Positions 1 through 12,961 of a stretch of 56,168 bases of DNA are shown here, piece after piece. Origin of the DNA: Octopus bimaculoides. Taxonomy: Eukaryota. The DNA is taken from the NCBI RefSeq assembly GCF_001194135.2, contig NC_068982.1, forward strand, positions 57,964,687 through 58,020,854, given 5' to 3'. Under the pieces are notes generated by a model that made no database searches, had not been told where the DNA came from, and worked only from the letters and a program-made list of their open reading frames with translations. A program made the position numbers and the translations under genes. Each line of letters opens with the position of its first letter. Positions within the stretch are counted from its first letter, which is position 1.

Positions 1-37
<37 letters not shown>

Positions 38-54
38 ATATATATATATAGACA

Positions 55-368
55 TAGTTCAGTTGCAGGACCTAGAAAGTTTCCCTCTGAGACACAAGTT
101 CAGGCAAGGCTGTTTATGAAAGACTAGCAGTGACTCATGCATACCAGCCTCCCCTCTCCATATCACTGATGTTATCCAATTGAAAGGAAAACACCTATAC
201 AGTTTGGCACCAGTGATGTTGCAACTCAATTCTACAAATGAGTGAACTGGAGCAATGTGAAATAAAGTGTCTTGCCCAAGATCATAACACACAGCCCAGT
301 CTGGAAATGGAACTCACTACCTCATGATTGTGATCCTGACACTCTAACCACTGAGCTATGTGCCTTCA
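55..368 (-). mobile_element. tRNA-headed SINE, family D (shares head and core with E, different tail)
   Basis: Minus strand: TGAAGGCACATAGCTCAGTGGTTAGAGTG..GAGTTCCATTTCC..TTGGGCAAGACACTTTATTTCACATTGCTCCAG. Confidence 0.72.
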
Positions 369-389
369 TTCATTCATACATACATACAT

Positions 390-420
<31 letters not shown>

Positions 421-477
421 TATATATATATTTACATGCATATATTTTATATTTATACAGACACACACACACACACA

Positions 478-640
478 AGAGGCTTCTTTCATTTCTGTCA
501 ACCAAATTCATTCACAAGGCTTTGGCTGGTCCAGAAGTTTAGTAGAAAACGCCTACTTGAAGTGCCACACAATGGGACTAAACTTGAGATCACATGGTTG
601 GGAATGGGGAGGCAAGCTTCTTAGCCACACAACCAAATCA
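478..640 (-). mobile_element. SINE family A head and core fragment
   Basis: CACAAGGCTTTGG..GTAGAAAAC..GGGACT..CCACAC. Confidence 0.75.
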
Positions 641-1023
641 CACTATATATGTGCACGCATGTGTGTGGTGGGAAGGTGCCTTGAAAATCCTTTGAAACTA
701 TTATTGATGTGAAAGCCAAGAAGTTACAGAAAAATCCTTTGTAACCCTTATCGATGTTCCTACATAATTATCCCCTAAAAGACACCTCCTTTACACGGGG
801 AACCGAGATAAGTTACATTGAATTGTTGCGAATAAACATTAGCTCTTTTTCACCTGCACTGTCACCCTGAAACTGTTGTTCACTGATTTAACAAGTGGAT
901 CTCCAGGTAAGGCCTGCAATCCTGGTCTAGCAGCTGATTGTGTGTATGGTATGATTTCTTTCATGTTGATTCTGAATCTACCTTTTTCAAAGACACCATC
1001 TTGTTTGCTTGTGTGTGTGTGTG

Positions 1024-1055
<32 letters not shown>

Positions 1056-1058
<3 letters not shown>

Positions 1059-1343
1059 TCTTTTACTCTTTTCAGTCATTTGACTGTGGCCATACTGGAG
1101 CACTGCCTTTAGTCGAGCAAATCGACCCCAGGACTTATTCTTTGTAAGCCTAGTACTTATTCTATTGGTCTCTTTTGCGGAACCGCTAAGTTACGGGGTA
1201 GTAAATACACCGGTATCGGTTGTCAAGTGATGTTGGGGAGACAGACACAGACTGACAGACACANNNNNNNNNNNNNNNNNNNNNNNNNNNNNNNNNNNNN
1301 NNNNNNNNNNNNNNNNNNNNNNNNNNNNNNNNNNNNNNNNNNN

Positions 1344-1376
<33 letters not shown>

Positions 1377-1534
1377 GACAGGCTCCTTTCAATTTCCATC
1401 TACCAAATCCACTCACAAGGCTTTGTTGGCCCGAGGTTATAGTAGAAGACACGTGCCCAAAGCGCCAAGCAGTGGGACTGAACCCGGAACCATGTGGTCC
1501 GCAAGCAAGCTACTTACCATACAGCCACTCCTAC
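1056..1534 (-). mobile_element. SINE family A, full length (gap in internal microsatellite)
   Basis: Reverse complement of the 27191 copy. Confidence 0.88.
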
Positions 1535-1558
1535 ATATATATATATATATATATGTTA

Positions 1559-1920
1559 CAGGTGCAGGCATGGCTATATGGTTAAGCAGTTTGCTTTGAA
1601 CTACATGGTTTTGGGTTCAGTCCCACTGCATGACACCTTTGGAGAATGTCTTGTAGATAGACCAATTCCTTGTGGGTGAACCTGGTTGACGGAAACTGTA
1701 TGGAAGCATATTGTGCGTGTGTGTGTGTGCATGTATGTGTGTCTGTGTTTTTCTCCTCATCACTTGACAACCAGTGTTGGTTTGTTTACTTCCTTGTAAC
1801 ATAGCACAGCAGCAAAAGCAACCAATAAAATAAGTACTGAGGTGAATTTGTCTGACAAAACCCTTCAGAGTAGTGCTCCAGCATGGTTGCAGTCCAATGA
1901 CTGAATGAAGCAAAAGAATA
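1559..1920 (+). mobile_element. SINE family A, diverged copy, head-to-head with the previous one
   Basis: GGTTCAGTCCCACTGC head and GTGCTCCAGCATGG..AATGACTGAA tail. Confidence 0.8.
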
Positions 1921-3316
1921 TAACTGTGTGGTGGTGGTGGTGATCATTGTCGTCGTCGTCGCCGCCAGCATCATCATCATCATCATCAATATTTTATGTC
2001 CACTGTCCACTCTGGCATGGGTTAGAGGATTTGCCACTCTTTGGCTTGGCACATATTTGAGGGTACTGCTAGTCTAGACAGGCTGGAAGACTACATCACG
2101 CTTGGGTGTTTTGCTTTTGGTTTCATTTCTATGGCTGGATGCCCTTTCTGATGCTAACAACTTTACAGAGTGTGCTAGATGCTATGGTAAACATGTATTG
2201 TCTGCATGCGTGTGAATGTATGTATGATCCTATACATATATAAACATACACTTGTGGAGCTTCTCTCTTTCTCCCTTTCTTCCATACGTATAGATATATA
2301 CATGAATGAGGAATACAGAGTGGAAGTATTTTCTTTTCCTACAAGTTAAATGTTAAATATTTTAAGATTTTCCCCTTTCCTAGTTTCCTGTTGTTCTTTT
2401 TTTTTTTTTTTTTTTTTTTTACTCGCTTCATATATCTAATGTCTATATTTCAAACTCAAACTCAATGCAAGTGTAAAACTGTGTCTGACATTCAACAAGA
2501 TGTATGTGTGTGTGTGTGTGTGTATGATGCGTGGATGTAAGACGCATGACTAAATGCTGCATGTTAATCAAATACATACATGTGTGTGTGTTTACAATAT
2601 ATGTATGTTTATAAACATATATACGCACATAGAGAAACGTTTTATATGGTGTTCAGTATACATAGGTGTGCTTTCTTCACTCACACACACACATGCTTAT
2701 ATACACATGAGATACATGATGAATAAACAACATATACACCAAATCATTCACCATATACACAAGCATATACACATAGACATATATATCTTATAAATACTCT
2801 TATACATGCAAAGTGACATTCATCCACTTATAAACATACATATGCATACAAGTACACACACATACACATTTACATACAGTTATAGATACTCTCATGCATG
2901 CACATACACACACACACACACTGGTATACGCATGCATGTGTATGTATATGCAAACACATATATACATACACACAAACATAAACATGTATACACAAACAGA
3001 CAGACAGACAGACATTCCTGAAATCTGTCCCGGAAAAAAATATATAAACAGATCCGAAGAATGTCAAATTAGTGCCACTAAAATTGGTTGAGCGCAGGAG
3101 AAATAACTCATTCACAGAATAATCCTTATGCTGTTGTTGTTATTGTTGCTGTTGCAGTTGTTGTCATCGTTGACATTGTTCTTTTGTTCATAACAGTCCA
3201 TTAATAGTTTTATATCTCTTAATATAAGAAAGAATTTATTTTCTTCCAGCCAGGTAGATATTGAGACAGAGAGAGAGACATTTATATATATTTATATATA
3301 TATATACATATATATA

Positions 3317-4080
3317 NNNNNNNNNNNNNNNNNNNNNNNNNNNNNNNNNNNNNNNNNNNNNNNNNNNNNNNNNNNNNNNNNNNNNNNNNNNNNNNNNNNN
3401 NNNNNNNNNNNNNNNNNNNNNNNNNNNNNNNNNNNNNNNNNNNNNNNNNNNNNNNNNNNNNNNNNNNNNNNNNNNNNNNNNNNNNNNNNNNNNNNNNNNN
3501 NNNNNNNNNNNNNNNNNNNNNNNNNNNNNNNNNNNNNNNNNNNNNNNNNNNNNNNNNNNNNNNNNNNNNNNNNNNNNNNNNNNNNNNNNNNNNNNNNNNN
3601 NNNNNNNNNNNNNNNNNNNNNNNNNNNNNNNNNNNNNNNNNNNNNNNNNNNNNNNNNNNNNNNNNNNNNNNNNNNNNNNNNNNNNNNNNNNNNNNNNNNN
3701 NNNNNNNNNNNNNNNNNNNNNNNNNNNNNNNNNNNNNNNNNNNNNNNNNNNNNNNNNNNNNNNNNNNNNNNNNNNNNNNNNNNNNNNNNNNNNNNNNNNN
3801 NNNNNNNNNNNNNNNNNNNNNNNNNNNNNNNNNNNNNNNNNNNNNNNNNNNNNNNNNNNNNNNNNNNNNNNNNNNNNNNNNNNNNNNNNNNNNNNNNNNN
3901 NNNNNNNNNNNNNNNNNNNNNNNNNNNNNNNNNNNNNNNNNNNNNNNNNNNNNNNNNNNNNNNNNNNNNNNNNNNNNNNNNNNNNNNNNNNNNNNNNNNN
4001 NNNNNNNNNNNNNNNNNNNNNNNNNNNNNNNNNNNNNNNNNNNNNNNNNNNNNNNNNNNNNNNNNNNNNNNNNNNNNNNN
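3317..4080. other. Largest assembly gap. Others: 1264-1343, 6534-7011, 7334-7343, 10490-10499, 16287-16296, 17045-17081, 18019-18120, 30213-30309, 30945-31269, 35614-35941, 51205-51321
   Basis: Runs of N. Confidence 0.99.
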
Positions 4081-4589
4081 ATATATATATATATATATAT
4101 ATACATATATATACATATATATATACATATATATATACATATATATACATATATATATATACATATATATACATACATATATATACACATATATATATGT
4201 AAACACACATACATATACACACATATGTATACATATATTAATGTATGTATATCTGCATGTGTGTGTATGTATGCATATGTATATACACATGTATATGTAT
4301 ATAAATGTATGTATGCACACATATATATATATACAAAATCACATACATATGTGCGTGCGTGTGTGTGTATGTGGGTGGATGTAGTGTGGTGTCACTCTCT
4401 CCTGCCCCCACCACCTACCCCTACCATATTCATTCCCAGTGAAATCCAATGAAGCAGCCAAAAACATTGTTTTAGTATGTGTATTTGTATTTTAATGTGT
4501 GATGTCATGTCTGTATGTTTGCTAATGTGTATGCATGCGTGAGGCAAGAGAGAGTTTGCTGGTAGTAATGTGTATGATGCACAAGTGTG

Positions 4590-4629
<40 letters not shown>

Positions 4630-4769
4630 TTATGGTTCCATTTATTTTCCAGAAATAAAACAAAATGAGATTAGAAAATAATGAGGGAAATAGATATGGT
4701 CACCAGTGTGCATATATATATACATATATATATATATGTATGTATGTGTGTGTGTGTGTGTATATATAA

Positions 4770-4855
<86 letters not shown>

Positions 4856-5015
4856 ATGTGTGTGTAAGTACATATGGATACATAAATGTACATTTAGACA
4901 CAAACACATAAAATTTAATCCCCTAATTCCTTTTTTTGATGGCATATATAAGGGTGAGAGTGTGTGTGTTTGTGTTAGCATATATTTGTATATGTATATT
5001 TGTATATGTATATAT

Positions 5016-5016
<1 letters not shown>

Positions 5017-5103
<87 letters not shown>

Positions 5104-5104
5104 C
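5017..5104. repeat. (GA)n microsatellite within the (TA)/(TG)/(CA) mosaic 4081-5140, representative of dozens of simple repeats behind most ORF-track calls
   Basis: Directly visible. Confidence 0.97.
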
Positions 5105-5499
5105 AGAATATACACATACATACACGCATACTAATTCAGACACATATATGTACTCAAATCACATAAAAATTTTTTTTATTTTTTGTGTGAACAGACTTAA
5201 CACTGAAACCTACAAGTCTTTCCCTAACTTTCCCTAACACACACACACACATAATTCCAAGAACAACAACACTTGAACACACATTGTCCATGCAGTATTT
5301 CAAATCAATTTACTTCACCAAGTTCGCTTCATTTATCAATCACAGTGTTAAGCAGTAGAGTGAACAGCGCAACGCATTCCCTGTCACCATGTCAAATATA
5401 GATGACTGCAATACTTTTACACTCTACAGGAGATCCTAGGGTAGTTGTTGAGCTGATTTTTCTCCCTCTCTCTCTCACACATAGACATGCACACACTAC

Positions 5500-5534
<35 letters not shown>

Positions 5535-7052
5535 CATGTGAATATGGTGATGCTTGTATTTGTATGAATATAATTTTGTGTTGCTGTTTTGCGTTATTAG
5601 TGGTATGAGTGGAGGTGATGGTAGCATATGATGTGTTGTGTTGCATAGAGTGTACAGGTGGTGATGTACATACAAATACACACACACACACATATATGAA
5701 AGAATAGTGTGTGTATATATGTGTGTCTATATCTGACTATCTATTTTTCACTCTCTCTCTCTCTATATATATATACATATACACACGCACAGTTATATGC
5801 CTATACACATACAGACACACAGCTGTATGCCTATACACATAGACACACATACATGCTTGTACACACATGCATATATATATATATATATATATGTATTTGT
5901 GTGTGGCTATGAGAATATATGTATTATATATTTACAGACACAGTTGTATGCATAAATATACACACACACATCTACTTGTATGAATATACATAAATATATT
6001 TCCATATATGCATATAAAATTGTGTATATGGGTGGGTCTATCGGAAAATCTACCTATCACTATGTAAGCACTTACACAAACAATTTTCCTTCAACTTTCA
6101 AATCATTCCACTTGAAATCTGGACCATTTTTTTTCTCTCTGTCTTATTCATTCATTTATATATTTATATAATACCTTTTTTTTCTTTTAAGACTGCAATA
6201 AATATTTATGTAGGTATGAAATTGTTGTTCACCTCTCTTAATAAAAAATAAAGAAAAGAAAAAGAAAAACTACTTGTCTTAGGCTCTCAAAATTATAAAT
6301 GACCAGACAGTGAAATAACCTAAAAGAAAAAAAAAGGAAGTGAAAGGGAATGTCTTACTTCAATTCTATGTTTCTTTAAACATCATTTATGCTGTTTTAA
6401 TACACACACAAAGCAAACATATACACATCAAAAGGACTATGTGTATTTAATAAGTGTACATACACATTCATGCACAGATATATATCCCTACACACACATA
6501 CACACATCTATATATATATATATATATATATATNNNNNNNNNNNNNNNNNNNNNNNNNNNNNNNNNNNNNNNNNNNNNNNNNNNNNNNNNNNNNNNNNNN
6601 NNNNNNNNNNNNNNNNNNNNNNNNNNNNNNNNNNNNNNNNNNNNNNNNNNNNNNNNNNNNNNNNNNNNNNNNNNNNNNNNNNNNNNNNNNNNNNNNNNNN
6701 NNNNNNNNNNNNNNNNNNNNNNNNNNNNNNNNNNNNNNNNNNNNNNNNNNNNNNNNNNNNNNNNNNNNNNNNNNNNNNNNNNNNNNNNNNNNNNNNNNNN
6801 NNNNNNNNNNNNNNNNNNNNNNNNNNNNNNNNNNNNNNNNNNNNNNNNNNNNNNNNNNNNNNNNNNNNNNNNNNNNNNNNNNNNNNNNNNNNNNNNNNNN
6901 NNNNNNNNNNNNNNNNNNNNNNNNNNNNNNNNNNNNNNNNNNNNNNNNNNNNNNNNNNNNNNNNNNNNNNNNNNNNNNNNNNNNNNNNNNNNNNNNNNNN
7001 NNNNNNNNNNNAAATATGTGCCCCGTCTGTTTTGCTTTCATTCACTTACTGC

Positions 7053-7115
<63 letters not shown>

Positions 7116-7118
<3 letters not shown>

Positions 7119-7716
7119 GCCTTGATGCAGTATCAAGCAGTGGCTTTCATGGTTTCTCATCTTAACTGATTAGAAGTGCTATCATGTACATTGTTTTGTC
7201 TTGGTATAAAAGATGGGTGACTAAATATTCTGCTCAATACTACAGATTTGCTTGTCAGTTGTTTGACCATAACCACTTGAGCATGTCCCTTGGTGGTTGA
7301 CAATATGTGCATCTCTGATCATGAGCAGAAGTANNNNNNNNNNTGACAATATGTGCATCTCTGATCATGAGCAGAAGTAGTGGGGGAACATCATAGCCAT
7401 GTGTTGAGAGGAATTCTTTGGGGTTTGGATAAGTCACCTCTGGAAACATGGGTGTCTCGTTTAACAGCCTTAAACAACCCTTATTCAGGGACGTTTTGAG
7501 CAGGATTGACTACTTGACATGAAGAAAATTCTGACTAGGCCCCACCTGCAAGGTCATGTGCTGTTTATCTTGATGTGTAATCACCATGTCGCACACATAT
7601 GGTTGTGATGCATGTGCCTGGTGTACCCTTATCAGACGGGTAGTCATGATGGGTATACTGGGCTTCGTACATTTTACCCCAGTGTAACTTTGATGGCATG
7701 CACTGCTCTCTCACTC

Positions 7717-7717
<1 letters not shown>
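7116..7717. mobile_element. Unclassified GC-richer segment of about 600 bp bounded by (AAT)n on both sides, probable interspersed element
   Basis: Sharp compositional boundaries at two long (AAT)n tracts. Single copy in this window, so its repeat status is inferred. Confidence 0.45.
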
Positions 7718-7759
<42 letters not shown>

Positions 7760-7761
<2 letters not shown>

Positions 7762-8770
7762 CCTTTCTACTATAGGTACAAGGCTTGGATTTTGTGGGGA
7801 AGGGCACAGTCAATCATATCAACCCCAGTACTCAACTGGTACTTAATTTATCGACACCAAAAGGATGAAAGGCAAAATAATAATCCTTTCAACTATAGGC
7901 ACAAGACCTGAAATTTGTGGGGAGGAGGCTAGTTGATCACATTGACCCCAGTATTTCACTGGTACTTAATTTATCAACCCTGAAAGGATGAAAGGCAGAA
8001 TTTGAACTCAGAACATAGCAACAGACAAGCTTTGATGAGGATGATGATGGTGATGATAATAACCCTTTCTACTAAAGGCACAAGGCCTGGAATTTTGCAT
8101 GAGGAAGTGGTTGATTACATTGACCTTAGTATTTAGCTGGTAATAAAAATAGAAGTGGTAAGCTCACAGAATTGTTAGCACACCAAACAAAATGATTTTC
8201 AGCATTCTGTCCATCTTTATATTCTGAGTTCAAATTCTGCCAAGTCAACTTTGATTTTCATCCTTTCAAGGTCAATGAAATAAATACCAGTTGAGAACTG
8301 GAGTTAATGTAATCAACTGCCCCTTTCCCAACAAATTTTAGGCCTTGTGCCTATAGCAGAAAGTATTATTATTATTATTATTGTTATATCATCTAATTTT
8401 GCCAGCAATTTTAGCGGGAGGGTTTATTTAATTACATTGACCCCAGGACTTGACCATTACTTTATTTTATTGACCGTGAAAGGATGAAACGCAATGTTGA
8501 CTTTGGTGGCATTTGAACTCAAAAGCAAATGAATCACAAGAAATGTTGCAAAGCATTTTGTCCAACTCCTTAACAATTCAGCCAAGGCCAACAATTTTGA
8601 GGGGAGAGAGAGTAGTCAATAGCAATGACCTCAGTACATGACTGGTAGCTTATTATGTCAACCCTTGCAAAATGACGAAATGCAAGGTTGACTCCAGCAG
8701 GATTTCAACTCAGAACAAACACTATAAAACATTGTTCTATGAGTCTTCTAACGACTCTGCCAGCTTGCCC
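7760..8770. mobile_element. Cluster of about six SINE family C copies or fragments with (ATT)n tails, both orientations
   Basis: Recurrent AATCCTTTCTACTA..GGCACAAG, GACCCCAG, GAAAGGATGAAA and TTTGAACTCAGAAC. The 8150-8390 copy is in the opposite orientation. Confidence 0.85.
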
Positions 8771-8784
8771 CCTTATATATATTC

Positions 8785-9190
8785 CTTCCTTTTTACAACT
8801 TGTTTCAGTTGCCTGACTGAAGCCATGCTGGAGTACCACCTTTAGTTGAACAAATTGACCTCAGGACTTATTCTTTGTAAGCCTAGTACTTATTCTATCG
8901 GTCTCTTTTGTCAAACCATTTAGTTGCAGGGACATAAATACACCAGCATCAGTTGTCAAGCAATGGTGATGGGGACAAACACAGACACACAAACATATAC
9001 ATACACAGATATACATATACATATATATATGATAGGCTTCTTTCAATTTCCGATGACTAAATCCACTCACAAGGCTTTGGTCGGCCCGAGTCTATAGTAG
9101 AAGATACTTGCCCAAGGTGCTATGCAGCAAGACTGAACCCAGAACTATGTGATTGGGAAGCAAGCTTCTTACTACAAAACCATGCTTGCT
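8785..9190 (-). mobile_element. SINE family A, full length
   Basis: Shares GGACTTATTCTTTGTAAGCCTAGTACTTATTC tail and the core. Confidence 0.88.
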
Positions 9191-9520
9191 ATATATATAT
9201 TTTTAAATAATGATTTCTTACAGAGGCACAAGGCTAGAAATTTATGAAGAAAGAACAGTCGATGAAAATCAATCACAATACCTCATTGGTACATTATCTT
9301 ATGAACCTCAGAAGGATAAAAGCAAAGTTAATCACAGTGGGTCTTGAACACAGAATATAAGAGATGGAGAAAATGCTGCAAGGAAGGGCATTTTGATTAA
9401 AGATTTATACAATTCTGCCAATCCACTTTTAAAAAGCAATAAAGCTTGCTATTTCATAAATATAAACAATTTTGATTTCTCCTGAATGTGAAAAAAGTTC
9501 CCCTAAAACTATTGAAAACA

Positions 9521-9552
<32 letters not shown>

Positions 9553-10055
9553 TAATAATTATAATAATGATTTCTTTATTAACCACAAGGGTTTACATGA
9601 AGAAAAACATTATAGACAGCACAGGGCAAAACCCCCCAAAATGTGTAAATGTGTGTGTGTGTGTGTGTGTGTATGTGTGTGAGTATGTGTAGTTGTGAGA
9701 GTTTTGCTTGTAAACAAGACTAAAAAACAAATAATTTTTTAAAATTATTAATCACTGTTTTACAATTGTTTTAGTATTTAATATATGGCCTCTCACATTT
9801 TTTGTGTTTTTTTCTCCCTTTTTTTGTTTTATTGTGATATACTTTCCCCACTCCGAAATTGTTAGCAGGGCAGTGTGTGAGATTTATTTATCTGGGGAAG
9901 CATTTCTGCTGACAGTGTATACCGAAAAAGTGAGATGTGTATGTGTGTGCATGCGTGTGTATGAGATTAGGTGGGTTGGGTATTCCACTACCCACCCACC
10001 TACCTTCCTTAGCCTTCTCAGCTGTTTATATTCTTCCTATGATTTAAGCCCTCAA

Positions 10056-10118
<63 letters not shown>

Positions 10119-10456
10119 CACACACACACACATCCACTCCAAATAATCTTATACATATATGTATAAATTATACATATGGGCATTTCTGTGAGGGACACTT
10201 TATATGTATGTATATTTATGTGTGAGTGATACATACATAAACATTAATATGCACACACACATGTAGATATGTGTCAATAGTTACATGTAACAGAAGTGTT
10301 CCATAAAAGTGTGTGTAAATGAAAATATACACACAGTATTTTTACATGAACGTTGTAAAGCATATATCTACATACATTTATATACACACATATAGTATTT
10401 GTGTATGTATGTTAAGATTAAACATATATACACATATCATCATCATCATTTAATGT

Positions 10457-10489
<33 letters not shown>

Positions 10490-10499
10490 NNNNNNNNNN

Positions 10500-10530
<31 letters not shown>

Positions 10531-10844
10531 CATATACATACACATATGCACATTACACATTTACCATCACACATCTCATATGATATATAACCAAGTTAAA
10601 GGAGTGTGCTGTCACATATCAGTATAAAATAACATGCAGGTTATTTTTGTAAAAAAGTAAAATAACTAAATTGTTAATGTTTTTACAAGAACAAGAAATC
10701 ATGTGTAAAATCAGAATATATGTATGCAAGGAAGGTCTATATAAATAAAATTTTAGAATTCAATCTGTATTCAGATTTTAGAAAAGTTCATCCAGGAGAG
10801 TACAGCCAAGATATAAAATATAACATGGATATTTATCATCATCG

Positions 10845-11280
10845 TCATCATTTAATGTCTTCTTTTTCATACTTGCAGGGGTCAGGTAGAATTTACAGAG
10901 GTAGATTTTCTTCAGCCTGATGCTCTTCCTGTCACCAACCCTTACCTCTTTCCAAACAAGGTAATATTTCCCCAAGACCAAATGTGTTTTTCAGAGAAGA
11001 CAGGCAAAGAATAATATCGCATGTATGACAATGATGCTCATTTACAACCATCATGTGATGTCTAGACAAGGATACACAAATACACAAAAACAAACACACA
11101 CGGATGTTAATAAACCAATACCAGTTGTCAAACAGTGGGCTGTGGGACAAATAGAAACACAAAGACATACATGCATATGCATATATATTCTATCACTCAA
11201 ATTCTCTCACAAAGCTTTGGTCAGCCTGGGGCTATAGCAGAAGACACTTTATCAAGTTGTCACACAGTGGGACTGAATCC
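10845..11280 (-). mobile_element. Family-A-headed SINE variant with an RTE-like 3' tail ending in (GAT)n
   Basis: Head and core as family A. The 3' part reads GGTGACAGGAAGAGCATC..GACATTAAATGATGACGATG, similar to the RTE 3' UTR. Confidence 0.65.
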
Positions 11281-11289
11281 AATAATAAT

Positions 11290-11510
11290 AATAATCCTTT
11301 CTACTGGAGGCATAAAGCCTCAAATTTGGCAGGAGGGGACTAGTTGATTACACTGCTCCCCAGTGTTTCACTGGTACTTAATTCATCAACCCCGAAAAGA
11401 TGAAAAGGCAAAGTGAACTGCAACGGATTTTGAACTCAGAACGTAAGGACACATGAAATGCTGCTAAGTATTTTGCCTGACATGCTAACGATCCTGCTAG
11501 CTTGCCACCT
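11290..11510 (-). mobile_element. SINE family C, full length, with (AAT)n on both sides
   Basis: tRNA-like head AGGTGGCAAGCTAGCAGGATCGTTAGC..GAGTTCAAA. Confidence 0.85.
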
Positions 11511-11511
11511 A

Positions 11512-11542
<31 letters not shown>

Positions 11543-12154
11543 TCCTCATCACTCCCATTAAGGTAACAAGAAAAGCAGAATCAGTTGATCACTGGAGACA
11601 GTGCTTCACATTAATTACTTGCATCCCATTTCATCCCACTGGTGTTGACATTGCCAGGGGTTTGTCTCCTTGGGACTGATAAAATAAGCAACATTTGAAT
11701 ACTGGAGCTGATTAAATAATACACATTTAGAAAATCCTGATTATGATTGCTATTATTACCATGGTGATACACCATAATTGGCAGAACACCGACTAAGTGT
11801 CCCACAGTATTTAGTTTTGTCCCTCTATACTTACAGATAGATCTCAACGGGGGGCTTGTTTTTGCTATTTATCTCCCCAGAGTGTCAACAAAAGAAGTTC
11901 CCCTCATTGTTGTGTTTAGCCCCAGATCAATTCTAATCATGCAGAGACACCGCTGCTGCCACCACCACTGTTACCAAAGGTGTTCAAGCTTTGACTATCC
12001 TGCCTAATTTTCAGAAATATTTTTACCTTATTCAATGTGATTTTGTTTTAGATGATAGTGAGAGGCTTGAGAGTTTGACTGCAATTTCTAACATATATGT
12101 GTGTGCATGTGTGTGTGTATACACACACACATATATGTATGTAGATATACATAT

Positions 12155-12461
12155 ATATGATGAACTCTACCGTTGCTGGATGATGTACGAGGGTTTGACA
12201 ATTTCTTACTGAACAACCAGACAAATGATTTGTTTATAGTGATCAAATTTTTGCATAGACATCAGCTCACTCCCTCCTTCAGATTGACATTACCTGTACA
12301 GGTGCAACGGGTGCCACATGTCAGATGTTGAAATGATCACAGAGCAATGTAATATAAAGTGCTTTGCTCAAGAACCCAACGCAATGCACGGTCTGGGAAT
12401 TGAACCCATGATCTCGCAGTCATGAGTGCAACACCTTAACCACTAAGCCATGCACCTTCAC
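12155..12461 (-). mobile_element. tRNA-headed SINE related to D/E
   Basis: Minus strand: GTGAAGGTGCATGGCTTAGTGGTTAAGG..GGGTTCAATTCCCAG..TTGAGCAAAGCACTTTATATTACATTGCTC. Confidence 0.72.
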
Positions 12462-12491
12462 TATAACACACACACACACACACATACATAC

Positions 12492-12562
<71 letters not shown>

Positions 12563-12822
12563 TAAATGTAAGGATAAGCAAGTTAGGCAGGTAAATATAC
12601 AAAAATTATTAAATACATTTAACACAAAATATGTTTACATACAAGAAGGTCCAACTTACACAGAATAGAAATGCTATCAGAAATTAAAGGGATTGAATAA
12701 ATGTTTTACGAGTCCAATAGCTGTTACTGGGGGCTTGGTGGTTTAAAATAATGATTGTAAATTGATTCCACCATCAGATAATACCAGCCTCCATCTTCAG
12801 GCAAGTATTTTACATTTGAGAT

Positions 12823-12874
12823 GTTGACAGAAAGGAGATTAAAGATTCCATCTCTAAATCTCCTTTCTGTCAAC
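12823..12874. repeat. Hairpin with 18-bp perfect arms
   Basis: GTTGACAGAAAGGAGATT ... AATCTCCTTTCTGTCAAC, with further partial pairing inside the loop. Confidence 0.9.
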
Positions 12875-12961
12875 CTGCTCTACTTGCTCAAATTTAAATC
12901 TCTTGAGCACTACGAAGTGTATTCTATACGGATTATATCTGTCTCTCATCTATAAACTATA

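Noticed and set aside
664-893. Possible solo LTR (TG..CA ends, AATAAA at about 831)
   Set aside because: Single copy, TSD only 3 of 4 matching, and no internal retroviral sequence; insufficient support.
3048-3123. Plus-strand peptide DPKNVKLVPLKLVERRRNNSFTE* as a terminal exon
   Set aside because: No pyrimidine tract before the AG, and no linked upstream exon found.
3236-4322. Long ORFs of 300+ aa in the track (also 6441-7169, 30763-31304, 35558-35996)
   Set aside because: They consist of N gaps plus (TA)n/(TG)n translated as YI/CV/HT repeats, and are not genes.
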